From: Fimicolochytrium jonesii
Lineage: Eukaryota
Length of the DNA stretch: 64,000 nucleotides
Direction: 5' to 3'
NCBI RefSeq assembly: GCF_025526975.1
Contig: NW_026515670.1
Coordinates: 1,116,001 to 1,180,000 of the forward strand
This document shows, one piece after another, positions 1-11,451 of the stretch (positions are counted from its first letter, which is position 1; every line of letters begins with the position of its first letter). A program made the translations under genes and the position numbers. The notes under the pieces were generated by a model that was not told where the DNA came from, did no database searches, and saw only the letters and a list, made by a program, of their open reading frames with translations.

Positions 1-508
1 GGGCGCTGCCGCGCTGGCCGCTGCTTTCTTGTAGACAGATAGACTTCATATCGGCGTAGAGTTCGCACTGTGATAGATCTAGAAGCTCGCCATTTTCGCC
101 TCTTTGTAGTTGCGCGCTGGTTGCGCTTCCGACGATGTGATTGGCGTAGTATATCGCAAATCTAGAGACCCTTTAGTTGGCATACCACTCTTATTATCAT
201 AGCCTTCAGCCGTTGCTGTAATTATCGACTTCATAGATTGATATCTCCTCAACGTTTCTGGCCGTCTTGAAGGACAATGTTTATGCCGCGAAGTTGCGCG
301 ATTTCTCGATCCGTTCGACTCTCGATCTTTTGCGGATTATCTTTCCAAAGCATGACCCAGGAAGCTGACCCTTTATGTTATGGTAAGTTCAACCGATGTC
401 TTCATCTTTTGATGGCCCCAGCCCTCGATATCGGAGAGTAAACCATTAGGGCAACGGTAGCAGACCTAGCAGAGACCACCGCAAACCGGCAGCATCTCGA
501 AAACCAGA

Positions 509-1303
509 ATGTCCGTCGCGGTCATCCATGGTGCCAGCCGAGGCATTGGCCTCGCCCTCGCTTCCCAGTTCCTCCGCCGAACCAACTTCGACGTCGTAAC
601 CACAGGGCGGAGCTCACTACCACCGCTGCCGGACTCCAACGGGCGCCATATGCATATCGAAACAGACCTCGCAAACGATCAATCAGTCGCGCGTGCCGCC
701 AAATCCGTGGCGGATAAATATGGCAAAGTATGCATCCGTGCATTGGTGTGCACGGCCGGGTACTTGAAGCCAGAGAAGACTATTACGGCGATCGACGTGG
801 AGGAAGCGGAGAAACATTTCAAGATCAACGCGATCGCGCCTATGCTCGTTGGGAAGCACTTTTCACCCTTGATCCAGTTTCCAAAACGTGGTGGGACTTT
901 GGGAGGGAATTCTGCATCGCTGGGGAAATCAGCTCCTGCAAGTGGAAAGGACGATGAACCGTTCAACCTGCCCATCTGGGCGCACATCTCTGCGCGTACG
1001 GGCTCTATAGGAGATAATCGGCTGGGTGGATGGTATTCATACCGCATGAGCAAAGCGGCCATCAACCAATTGACGAGGACGCTGGCTGTCGAGCTCGGTC
1101 GCAAAGGAGCCGTGGTAGTATCGCTGCACCCAGGCACGGTTCGAACAGAGCTGTCGCGGAAGTACATCACGCACTTGGCGGAAGGCCACCAATTGTTCGA
1201 TCCTGACCAGGCGGCGGAGAAGTTATTTGACGTCATGGCGGGATTGGGCGAGGCTGAGAATGGGAGGTTCTTTGATTACGCACGGAAGGAAATTGTTTGG
1301 TGA
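509..1303 (+). CDS. Short-chain dehydrogenase/reductase, CsgA/C-factor-like, single exon
   Basis: Rossmann motif GASRGIG, catalytic YxxxK (YSYRMSKAA), SARTGSIGDNRLGGW and LHPGTVRT motifs typical of C-factor-like SDRs; intact 264-aa ORF. Confidence 0.9.
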   Translation: MSVAVIHGASRGIGLALASQFLRRTNFDVVTTGRSSLPPLPDSNGRHMHIETDLANDQSVARAAKSVADKYGKVCIRALVCTAGYLKPEKTITAIDVEEAEKHFKINAIAPMLVGKHFSPLIQFPKRGGTLGGNSASLGKSAPASGKDDEPFNLPIWAHISARTGSIGDNRLGGWYSYRMSKAAINQLTRTLAVELGRKGAVVVSLHPGTVRTELSRKYITHLAEGHQLFDPDQAAEKLFDVMAGLGEAENGRFFDYARKEIVW

Positions 1304-1722
1304 AAACCAGAGCTGGTCGGATCCCTTGTTCTCGACGCTGTCCCATTGTAACATGTTTGCGAACTCCGCCAAACCCATCCAAATACGTATACTTCATGTC
1401 GTAATCATTGAAGTAGTCCGACCTGATACAAGTGATGAGCACGTTGATGTAAACTCGATCGTAGATCAACCCGGGGAAACTACAATAAGCGCAGCCCTGC
1501 CTTTCAGTTACTGTCGATGTTGGGGGGCAGATAAATTTCGATTAAGTTTGATTTACTTCGAGTACGCGAAGGCCGAACTGCCATTTTTGGAAGGTAGGTA
1601 TAATATATACAGTGACGGCTCAAGGAGAAGGTTTCTTTGAAGGATCGAAGTGCCAAACTTGGGTCGTATCCGGGTGCTAAACAAAACCAGTTAATACTGT
1701 TCACCGAAAATCCAGAGCAGAA

Positions 1723-1800
1723 TCGAAGTTGCCAAACAAAACCACAGCATTGTTCAGTCCGTCGAAGTTGCCAAACAAAAACACAGCATTGTTCAGTCCG
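1723..1800. repeat. Tandem duplication, 2 x 39 bp
   Basis: tcgaagttgccaaacaaaa(c/a)cacagcattgttcagtccg at 1723-1761 and 1762-1800, one mismatch. Confidence 0.9.
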
Positions 1801-2169
1801 ACGGGATGCACGAGTCCACTAGGCACCTAACATCTAAAAATAACCTAGGTGCGAGACCCTCCCGAGAGAGCCTGCTGCAGTATGAGTCGTTCCGCCACAA
1901 TATTTACAGCCCATGTATAAAAGCTGCGACACGCCCGGTGTCCGTCTTCCAATCCATCATCCAACACAACACAACAAAAAGCCTCCGTCTCCGAGTTCAT
2001 CTCTTCGCCCGGTGTCATAAAACACACCGACAAAACTTCCAGTAACCGACCTCCTCCCTCGAATACCTCGACGGAGTACCTATCAATCTTTCGCAACAAA
2101 TACCTTTCGTGAGCCAGACCGACCGTCTCGCTCCACCTTTGCGTAAAAACACCACAGCACATACAAATC

Positions 2170-2328
2170 ATGCCTCGTCAAGCGCAATCTCCCACCTCCC
2201 CCACCGCCTTCGCCAGTCGCCGTCCACAATCGGCCTCCTCGCAAAAGGCTATCGCCATGCCCCAACGCAAGATGATCTGCGCCGCCCCCGCCCAGAGGGG
2301 TGAGGTTATCATTGCCGGCTGGAAGTAG
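2170..2328 (+). CDS. Putative small protein (52 aa), unknown function
   Basis: MPRQAQSPTSPTAFASRRPQSASSQKAIAMPQRKMICAAPAQRGEVIIAGWK*; A-rich context (acaaatcATG), C-ending codon bias, TATAAAA at 1916-1922; below the ORF-track cutoff. Confidence 0.45.
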   Translation: MPRQAQSPTSPTAFASRRPQSASSQKAIAMPQRKMICAAPAQRGEVIIAGWK

Positions 2329-2798
2329 AATCAGACATTAGCTTGTGAAGTTCCCCACCTACTTTTTCTTGCTTCTTTTGACACACAATCCGTAATTGTG
2401 CTCTTCCATGCGACGTAACTTAGACAATAAAATACCCCGCTTTGCGTGCGAAACAACAAACATGTTGCAGTGCCTGTTTGCATATTCGAATTGACACTAA
2501 TACGCGCTGTCGAAATGAGATGTCATACGTAGCCTGGCTACGTCTCTCCACAACGCGGCACCGTCCCTGTCCCCGAACCGTTCGGTTCAGCGCAAGAGTT
2601 CCACAGCGACGTAGGTTTCGCTATAAAACTCCCAGGAAGCGGGACACTTCTTTGACCGAGCGAAACCTTGTCTTACCTCCTCCTTCCTCCTTCCTCCTAT
2701 TTCTGACCCTACCTGACCCTACCTGTCCTCCTTCAAATATACCAGCACAAGCTTTTACTTGTTTTGGAACACTTTGTGAACACTGTCAAGCTGCGGAA

Positions 2799-5700
2799 AT
2801 GCGAGACGATGCTATCGGTGAGATTTTGTTTCAATAATCTTTGAAGCCATTGACAGGTAGCATTGCGAAACACTTCCTGAACATCCGACCTCTTTCCTTT
2901 CCTGGTTCTCCAGCTGCCGGATGGGGAGCCGAGCCCAAGTTCACTCCCGACGGAAAATATGTGCAAACGTACATTCCTACGCCGGCTTCGAGTCCTGCAC
3001 GCCCCTCTACACAGAACAAAACCTTCAACATTCTAGGAGCTGCCAGTCGCAGTGGCGAGAATGACATCGCGCCTATGCCGTCTTCGACGCTACGCCTGTC
3101 AAACATACAGGAGACCGACTCTCTGACAGTCATATGTAACAATCTTTCGAAGTTTGGTCAAATTGATAAAATCGAGCTCGAGAAGAAACCGACAAAAGAA
3201 CATGGCGGGTAAGTGCTGAAGAAGAATCAACCCACTTCCGACACGTTCAATGGAACACGATAGACTCACTGTTTCGGTAACGTCAGGTCGGCTATCATCA
3301 CTTTCGTACACATTCAGCACGCTATAGATGCTATGTCTCGCAATGGCAATGGGCGACTTAGCGGCCGGGTACTGGAGTATTTCCATCCTGAACGTCCCGC
3401 ACAAATACGAGGGAGCTCCAGGATGCGTTCGCTGACACCTAGCCGGGGTAGATCCGAAACTCCATTTATGCCCAATGCAAACAATTCTGCAGGATACAAC
3501 CGTGCCCCGACGCCCCAGAGTGGATTCCAAGTAGCTAACACGAGTGCAAGCGCTGCTGGCAACCGTGCACTGCCGGCACCCGTGAACGATGTGTCACATA
3601 CGGATTCGCCTGCCAACGGGAGCCCCAGTCCGGAGAAACGAGCGCGCACTCTCCTTATCCGCAATGTGCGGCCTAACACAAGGAACATGCTATTGGAAGA
3701 GTTCTTCGCAGAATTCGGGCAGTGCCGTGTAATCAAGGTCGACAGTAATTGGTGCGATCAATATTTATGGGATGTTCGGTGGCGAGCAGAAAGCTCATCA
3801 CCTAGAACTCCCTTTCTTCTCTAGTACGGAAGTCGAATTCGACACTGAGAAGAATGCCAAAGCGGCCAAAGCTCTCGATAACAACATCTTCAATGGGCAA
3901 CTCATCAGGGTTTTGCTCGCAAACAGCATGGTCGAAAGACCATTGCCCCGGTCTTCCAGATCACCAAAACCTGAGTTGGCAGCCTATATAACGGCGCATA
4001 AAGCTGCTGATGTGAGTCTCGGAAGTGTGAAAGATTCTTGCATACTGCTGCCATGGCTGACATTACTTTACCAGCAGGCAACTGAAATACCCAAGCAGAC
4101 GGACTTACAAGCGGAAGAACTTCACGCGGAAAAAGACCAACCGGATCCACGCACTGTCCATCCCGCGGCAATGCAAGAGGAAAAGGAGGATGTGAACTTA
4201 TCGAGGGAAAATCAAGCTGAGGAATCCCGTACAGCAAACGAGCCGCCTGCTAGTCAAGTTTATCCGGCGTCGGTTACTGAAGATCAAACTCACACCCACT
4301 TGACGGCCGTGCACCCCGCGACAGCTGTGGCAACCATAAACAATACCAAAGCCGATGGCAATCCGGAGAAGCGGGCAAGACAGGATTCCCCGCCTTCAGA
4401 AGAAGGAAATGAGAATCGACAAACGACGCGGCCTGTCAGCAAGAAAGCCAAGCAAGACGAACGTCCGGAATCCGCCAAACCGACGACAAGCACTCATGAA
4501 AGTCAAGCGTCTATCTCCAAAAAGCGAAGCTTTGACGACGATTCACGTCCCAGCAACCCATCCGCACCTCCGGAGGCTGCCCAGGAAAGCGGCCGCGACC
4601 GTCCTATGATGCAAACCGCACGCCCGGTTATTGCTACCAAACGGTGGACTTCAGTGGACTGTCGTCCTTCTCTGTCAGGAGAAGAGCCCTGTTTGGAAAC
4701 TGTGATGGGAGATAACAACTCGACTCGCACCTCGGAGATCAACATGCGCCCCGAAGAGCATGACAACAGCTCTGAAAAGCGTGATAATACCAGGATGTCG
4801 TCGTTTCACGAACAGACTGTGTCAAGACCGGCCCAACATCATGTGGAGCTCGCGCCGGCCTCGGCTTCCAAGAGGATTTCGACTAGATTCGCAACGATGA
4901 CAGCCCCTTTGGCGCATTCAGAGTCGCGCAATCATGTTGAAAAGGATAGCTGTCGAATCAACAATGCTGTCGAGGAAGGAAAGCCCTTGCAGACCACGGC
5001 ATCATCGGCTAATCAAGGGGGCAATGTTCGACAGTCTGCAGCTGTATCGGTAAGAGTATCTGTTCCTCGACATGCAGCTTCGACGCTGTTCAGCGGGAAT
5101 CGCGCACCCGCCTCGGTGTCCAACACGGTGCCAGCATCGTCAATGGCAGTCGGATTTCCCGAGGCTCCACATGCACGGGCAAACGAAGCGTCCCAACAAG
5201 ATGTTCCGACACAGCCCAATGACACAGGTAAGGACTGCTTTCCCCGGCGATTGCTCATTGCTTCCCATCGCATGATCCGGCATTGGCTGAGAGCCGACTC
5301 AAAACATTCAGGCACATCTTCTGCTGCCTGCGATACCAACGAAGCAAGCGTGAGTCTCAACAAAGGCCGCGTCCTCACCCTTGCTGACGGCCGTGGGCTT
5401 GGCGAACGTAAACGCTCTCCATCTGCGAGCTCCGAGGAAATCTTGGCGCCCGAGCCTCCCGCACCGCAAACTACCGCCGTTGAGACCCCCGCGACGGAAC
5501 CCAACCGCACTATGTCGGAAGGAACCGAGCATAAGCGTCGAAAGAAGTTGAGCTGGAGCGATGACGCGGATGCTTGGACCACGCCAGTGTGGGAAGGGGA
5601 GCTCGTCCTCTCTTTGGGACATGGCAAGTCATTGGGAAAAGTTAAGATGCTGGCACAGCACCCACGATCTACGACGGTGGACATGGGGCAGAGGTAAACA

Positions 5701-7457
5701 GCACTCGAAGTCTTACAAATAATCAGTGTCCAAGCATTTAAATGCCTCTTCTCTAGGCTTACGCTGGAAGTTTCGGACGAGGAAATCATGACCGTCCAGA
5801 CCAAACTTTTGGATGATCCCCGGGCGCGAGTTTTCTTGATGCAGTCGGTTTGTGGAAACGTCCTCGGGGCGAACTTCGTGGATGCCGAGGGACTTATCAA
5901 AGTAGGTTGCATTGAGGCTTTTGCTGTGAGGCCATGGATGATAGCTCATCACAAAGCTTTCCCGCGGTCTAGGTTGGTCTCCTCTGCCTGGCTGGAGACC
6001 AAGTGTTCTGCGTGGTCCCGAGCATTGCCTTCACCGATCCGCCCGCCAGCGTTGGTCGATTTACGGCTCAGGGAAGGAATAAAAGCGCTTTCGACAAAAT
6101 GCTCGTAGCTGTCTACCTGGATCGCCGAAAGCCAATGCCGCAGATGTCTTTGTCTCGAGCGTTCGACACTGAACATTGGCGGCTGACTGCCGTGATTGCG
6201 CCCATTGGATGGACAAAGCAAAATGCTTCGGGGACGGATGACGACGCTGGATGGTTCGAGCCTACTTCACAAATGCAGCAAACCTACCACAAGGTATCAC
6301 AAAGGCAGCAAATCTCGTACCGCGATCGCGATATTCGTAGTGTTGCCAAGTCCAACGATGAGGGCGGGGTTTTCGAACGAGCCATGCAACAACGCCATCG
6401 CTTTCTTGATCCGGATGAGCATCACGTTCCTGACGAGACACATGCATTCCGACCGGAGAAACATGCAAAGTATCCGAAATTCCCTGCTATTCCCGACATC
6501 TATCAAATGGAAAACTGCACAGAGCGCGGACGAGAAGTCAAAGGGTTAAGGCCTATCGATCCCCACATGCCTCTGCAAGACTTCTGGCGAAACAGTAATC
6601 GCATGTTCGTGTTTACCGATGTCGATTCTGGCTTCATCAGTCTGTCGAGATGGATGAGGCAGCAGTACAACGCCACTTCGATCAAGCCATCCGACAACGT
6701 CGATGTAGTCATGGTTCAGGATGAGGAGGTTACCAGCCCACCCGCCTTCGATCCTCAACTCGTCCCTGACACTCCGAAGCCAGCAATGGTCGTTGCGCCA
6801 TCTTCGCCGCAGCCTCCCTTCAAGACCACTGGTGAGTTCGATGTTACGAGTGCCTTTCCGGTGGCCACAGTCCGCCCATATATATTCTCATTGCTAGCTT
6901 GGCGAGGGATTAAACGAATCGGGCGCGTCATGATACGGCTAGCCTTCTGGACCTGCATTGCGGCAGGATGTCTCCTCCTCGCCGTCTTAGCGGTTGATGC
7001 AACGTTGGAGGGTCTGGTCGTCCCGCTGCTGTTTCGCTCTTCGGTGGACTGATGATGATCCTGTGCTTCAGCAGTGCGCCCGATGTCAAGCTCCGAAGCG
7101 AACAAGTACGGCCAACCGAAACCCAGGATGAGCGCAGATTTCCGAACACCTGCAACTCCACCGCAGAGGATCAGGACGACCCCAGCTATATTGAACAAAC
7201 CGGGCTCAACCGTCAAAGTCGATATTCAACAATTTCCCCTCAAAATCGAAAAACAGCAGATTCGAGAAAGAATCCAACGCTTGCAAGATTTGATTTCTCG
7301 CAATAGAAGCGCAATGCAAGGTGTTTCCGATGCCACCAGCCCCGGCGCCGAGTTCAGAGACAAATGCATGGAGACGGATATGGAACTGAAGTCGAGGATT
7401 CTCGAATTGCAGAGTCGCCTCATCGCTCTAGAGTCTTCAGAATCTGGCGGCTTTTGA
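2799..7457 (+). CDS. Large multi-exon RNA-binding protein: two RRMs, long disordered region, putative SPOC-like domain, C-terminal coiled coil
   Basis: RRM1 (STLRLSNIQETD...FGQIDKIEL / SAIITFVHIQHAIDAM, split by a GTAAGT intron at about 3209) and RRM2 (RTLLIRNVRPNT...FGQCRVIK / EVEFDTEKNAKAA...LIRVLLA); VWEGELVL near 5590; terminal exon 7074-7457 is coiled-coil-like. Start and 3' exon structure are uncertain and this could be two genes. Confidence 0.6.
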
Positions 7458-7807
7458 GGGAAGCTTTTAAAGGTTTTCATTTCGAGGTTCACCTCTATCA
7501 GCAGTCTATTCGAATTATGTATAGCGTGGGGTCCGGGCCGCAGAGCGATCATCAAACAAACGATTTCGATGATCGAGCGGGGTCGGAAGGGTTGAGGCCT
7601 TTGGAAAGGCCTACAGCATTCGGCGTATAGTGGGCAGTCACTGACTGCATCAGCGTAGCGTCACATTTCAGATAGCCCAAAAAAGCAGGCTACAAACCAT
7701 GCAGTTTGAGAAGTTGTGCCCATTCATATATACATATTTTCGGAATCAATATGAAATCAAGTGCGGTAAAGGAGGCAGATATACAGATGTTACAATTCGA
7801 TATGCGT

Positions 7808-10800
7808 TTATGACACCATATGTCGCGTTCCGGCAATCGCTGGGGCAGAGGGAGATTTGCTCGAAGGTTTGCTCGCGTGCTTCTGATCCGATGGCAATTT
7901 TTTGTCAGCCGGCTTCTTGTGGCTGAAGATGTGAGACAGCCAGTGTGGTAACCTGGACGTATGATGCTTCTGGGGGGACTGGAAACGAGATGTGAGATGT
8001 GAGGAGCCAGAGAGTGCCAGATTCTTGCTTACCTTGACATCCTCTGCGTTGTTGAGTGGGTTTGCATATGGTCGCAAAAAGTATGATCAGCAAAGATCAT
8101 AGGACCTTAAGGGATGTTTGAATCACATACCCGAAGACTTGCTCCCTGCCGGCGTTATCAAATCCTCAAGCTTGCCCACAGTCTTTAGCTCCTCTTCAAT
8201 CTCGTCTGCGAAAAGCTGCTCCAGATACGGCACTAAGGTTGTTTCGCAAGGAGTGATATGTAATGGAGGGGCTGGGACTTCGGTCGCCTTTCCATTCGAC
8301 AGACCAGAGGATTTTGAAGAAACCATGACGTTGAGCACTTGGCCGGAGCCGGTCTTAGCCACTGACTTCCGGTCCGTCGGCGTAGGCGTCTCGGCCTTCT
8401 CAGCGGCACTTGGATATGCCAGAATCGGTTCTGGGGGCCGAAGAGACTCGTGGAAAAACGTGCGTGCCCATGGATGTGCCAATATCTGATCTGTAGTCAG
8501 TCGTGTTTTCGGGTTCTTGTCCAGCATTCCTTAGGGGTACAATGTTATCACAACGTCTCCCAGTTCCGAGCGGCAGGATACCATCTACCTGATAGAAGGT
8601 TCTTCAAATCTGGCTGAAATTCCGCTGGCATTTCGAAATTCCCTTCCACGATTTTCTCATATAATGTGAGCAGATTGCCATCTTCGTCGAACTCGAAGGG
8701 GTATCGTCCGGTGAGCATGTTAAATCTAAACAGATGCGAGGAGAGTGTTAGATGTGCCAAACGACAGGTTGCATTGAAGGAAAGCTTTGCTTACAGTGTC
8801 ACTCCACACGCCCATACATCAACTACCCCAAAGGACCAGAACGTAAGTACAGCGAAAGGCTGGACAGAAGTACACCCTCGAACATTACCAGCCTCGCCGC
8901 GTGCTTGAGCGACTCCCTCAGCAACTTCAGGCGATAAGAATTGATGAGTTCCGGCAAAGGAAGTGACGTCCATCGGAGCGTCACTGTATGTGGAGAATTG
9001 CTGGGAAATCGAATTTTCCAGGTCAGTAAACCGAGAAGCTTGGTCAGGGAGTGCTGGCAACCCTGAATACCTCAGCGATACCGAAATCGGATATCTTCAG
9101 CACATTGTCAGGCGTAATTAGCATATTTCCAGCCTTGATGTCTCTATCTGTAAATGTCAACTGATCAATACAATGGCTCATCTTGGCAACATCGCCATGG
9201 ATATCTAGATTGGTAACTCACGTACGACTCCTTGCGAATGTACATATGCCAGTCCTTCTATCAGTTGCACAAAAAAACTAGTGCCCGGGATCGTCAGCAA
9301 AGGTTCCCCTCGTGCTTCTGCATCGATCTTCCTACCCACCGATGTGCTCTAGGTATTGGTAGGCGTTTCTCGTCCGCTTGTTCGAGAAGGGTTTGTAGTG
9401 CACACGGGCAGTACTCAAACACTAGATACCATTTCAGTATCTCTACATCTCGCTCAGCTTCTGTGCCGTCCTCAAACCGCCATGCAATCGGTTCTTCTTC
9501 GATGCTCGAAAACCAATTAAATACCCCAAAGTTGCCCTCTTCATCTTCAACTTTGCAATACACGTCGATGAGGCGAATGGTATTTCGATGTTTGAGTCGG
9601 CGCAAAAGTTTGATCTCCCGAATGACGTTTTCCACCCCGTTCGGCATTTTTCGTAAACGTTTTTTGTTGATGACTTTGATGGCGACTCTTTGCAGAGTCT
9701 CAGAGCATAATCCCTCCTTCACTTTCCCAAAAGCGCCCTTTCCAATCTGCTCTCCCAACAGATAGCGGTCGATCAGTTTCGCCTTCGTGGCCTCCTGTCT
9801 CCAAACTACTTCCGACGAATCAATCTTATGGATGAAATTGTTGCTAGCATGCCGCTGACACAACATGAGATACTCGTAGTAATCGGGATTTGCTCGATGA
9901 CTCTCATCCATGTCTCCCACGACCGACATGGCGCGGCTGTGAAACGCCTGCGATGGTGTCCCCGTCTCCGGTTGTGACACTACGCTTTCTCTTAACGGGC
10001 TGGGTCGGACAGCATCATTCGGGTGAATTTTCTCTGCTACTTGCTCGTCACTGTTAGCTCGTTGGGCGAGGCGGGTATTGCTACGGGAATTATTTCTCCC
10101 ATTATTGCGGGGCAGACTTGACGAAGCGTATCGCGACCCAGAGGCCTGTTCAGCCGCCGACTCTCGAGCTTGTCTAGCTAAAGTGGCTCTAGCACTTCCA
10201 GCTGCTGCCAAAGCACCCATGCTCACGCTCGCAGCCAGTTTCCCACTCTGTGAGCCTGAATTACGCTTTCGGGATCCTGTCCCCTTTGACAACCCTCCCA
10301 GGCTTCCACTGCGGGGCATCGAAGAATGACTTGCTTGATGTAGCGAGAGACTGCCACTTCTGCTCCCGTTGCTTCCATCTTTCCGATCAGTTACCATACT
10401 TCCATGTCGGGAACGCGAAGACATATCGCTGAGTGAACCGCCAACCAGCACTTCCTTCCGCGGGTACATTAGAATGATTGGCTTCTCGTGTCCAGTGCCC
10501 GATGCGTCTTCACCATCGGCGTTGGCTCCTGGAACCTGCATGCCTAATTGGCTAACATCTACTGCCGACATTCTACGCTGCACGGCGGACATGAGAGCCG
10601 CTTTCCCTTGAAACGTCGGTCGTCGCGAGGAGGTGTTACTTCGCGACTGTGCGGGCTGCGTAGTGCCGGAACCCATTTGACCACTGGCTCGGCGAGAATT
10701 GGTTTCTGTAGATGTCGCGCGAGATGCGCCAATGCCGGGGCCTCCGATCACGAAGTCGACTTTGCTTACATCTGGCACCGATAGACGGCTATTGCGCTTG

Positions 10801-11237
10801 CCAGCACCATTACCGAACCCAATTCTGTCACCGCCTTGTTCCGCTGCCGTGTGGTTTACAAGCGGCATGGAGCCGAGCTGCTCACGAAGCTCACGTATCG
10901 CCACACGTCCACGGACATCGTCCAGTGATTGCTGGCCTTTCGTTATGGTCTCCGACTGCCCTTCATCTTCTGGCAATGGTATATTTGGCTTGTCAACGGC
11001 GGAAACAGAATGTAGGGATGTAGCAGTGGATTCCGACAAAGGTGCCAATTGAGGCCTCCCCAGCTTCCAGTCGGCATTCTTACTGCCTATTGAATCCGAG
11101 CTTCCGAGCCGAGCGACATCCCGATCACTAGCCTTCCAGTCGACATTCTTAATGCCTATTGAATCTGAGCTTTCGTGCCGAGCGACGTCCCGATTACTGG
11201 CCGTCAGTGGACTTGCGGAGATGTTTTCTGACGCCAT
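7808..11237 (-). CDS. STK11: Ser/Thr kinase, LKB1/STK11 orthologue with long N-terminal extension (multi-exon)
   Basis: FIHKIDSSEVVW...KAKLIDRYLLGEQIGKGAFGKVKEGLCSETLQRVAIKVINKKRLRKMPNGVENVIREIKLLRRLKHRN closely parallels the LKB1 N-lobe; spliced HRDIKAGN, DFG, VDVWACGVTL and the post-kinase TLVPYLEQL motif. Last exon inferred. Confidence 0.88.
11064..11201 (-). repeat. In-frame tandem duplication (2 x 69 bp, 23 aa) in kinase N-terminus
   Basis: ASNRDVARHESSDSIGIKNVDWK / ASDRDVARLGSSDSIGSKNADWK. Confidence 0.85.
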
Positions 11238-11451
11238 GTCCCCTTCAAAGCAACTATATGCGACTACCGGAGGGGTTAGCTCTCCAGAGCTGATCTACGC
11301 TGCTGCTCTAAACTCGTCAGAAAGCCTCGTTCTTAATTCCAAGTAGATGCACTAGCACGAGAGTGTAAATGTCAGATCCTCCCAAAGTTAGACGTAACTC
11401 CGCCGCTTACCTAATCTTACGTAATCGCGACCAAGGCTTTGAAACTTTCGC

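Noticed and set aside
1..400. Start of a minus-strand gene at the left edge
   Set aside because: Only a 16-codon open stretch to the window edge; insufficient evidence.
1723..1800. CRISPR-like array
   Set aside because: Only two adjacent copies with no spacer, in eukaryotic DNA; a simple tandem duplication.
5013..5912. Long antisense ORF (299 aa) and similar shadow ORFs opposite real genes
   Set aside because: Antisense to a supported coding region, with no domain signal; typical by-product of codon bias.
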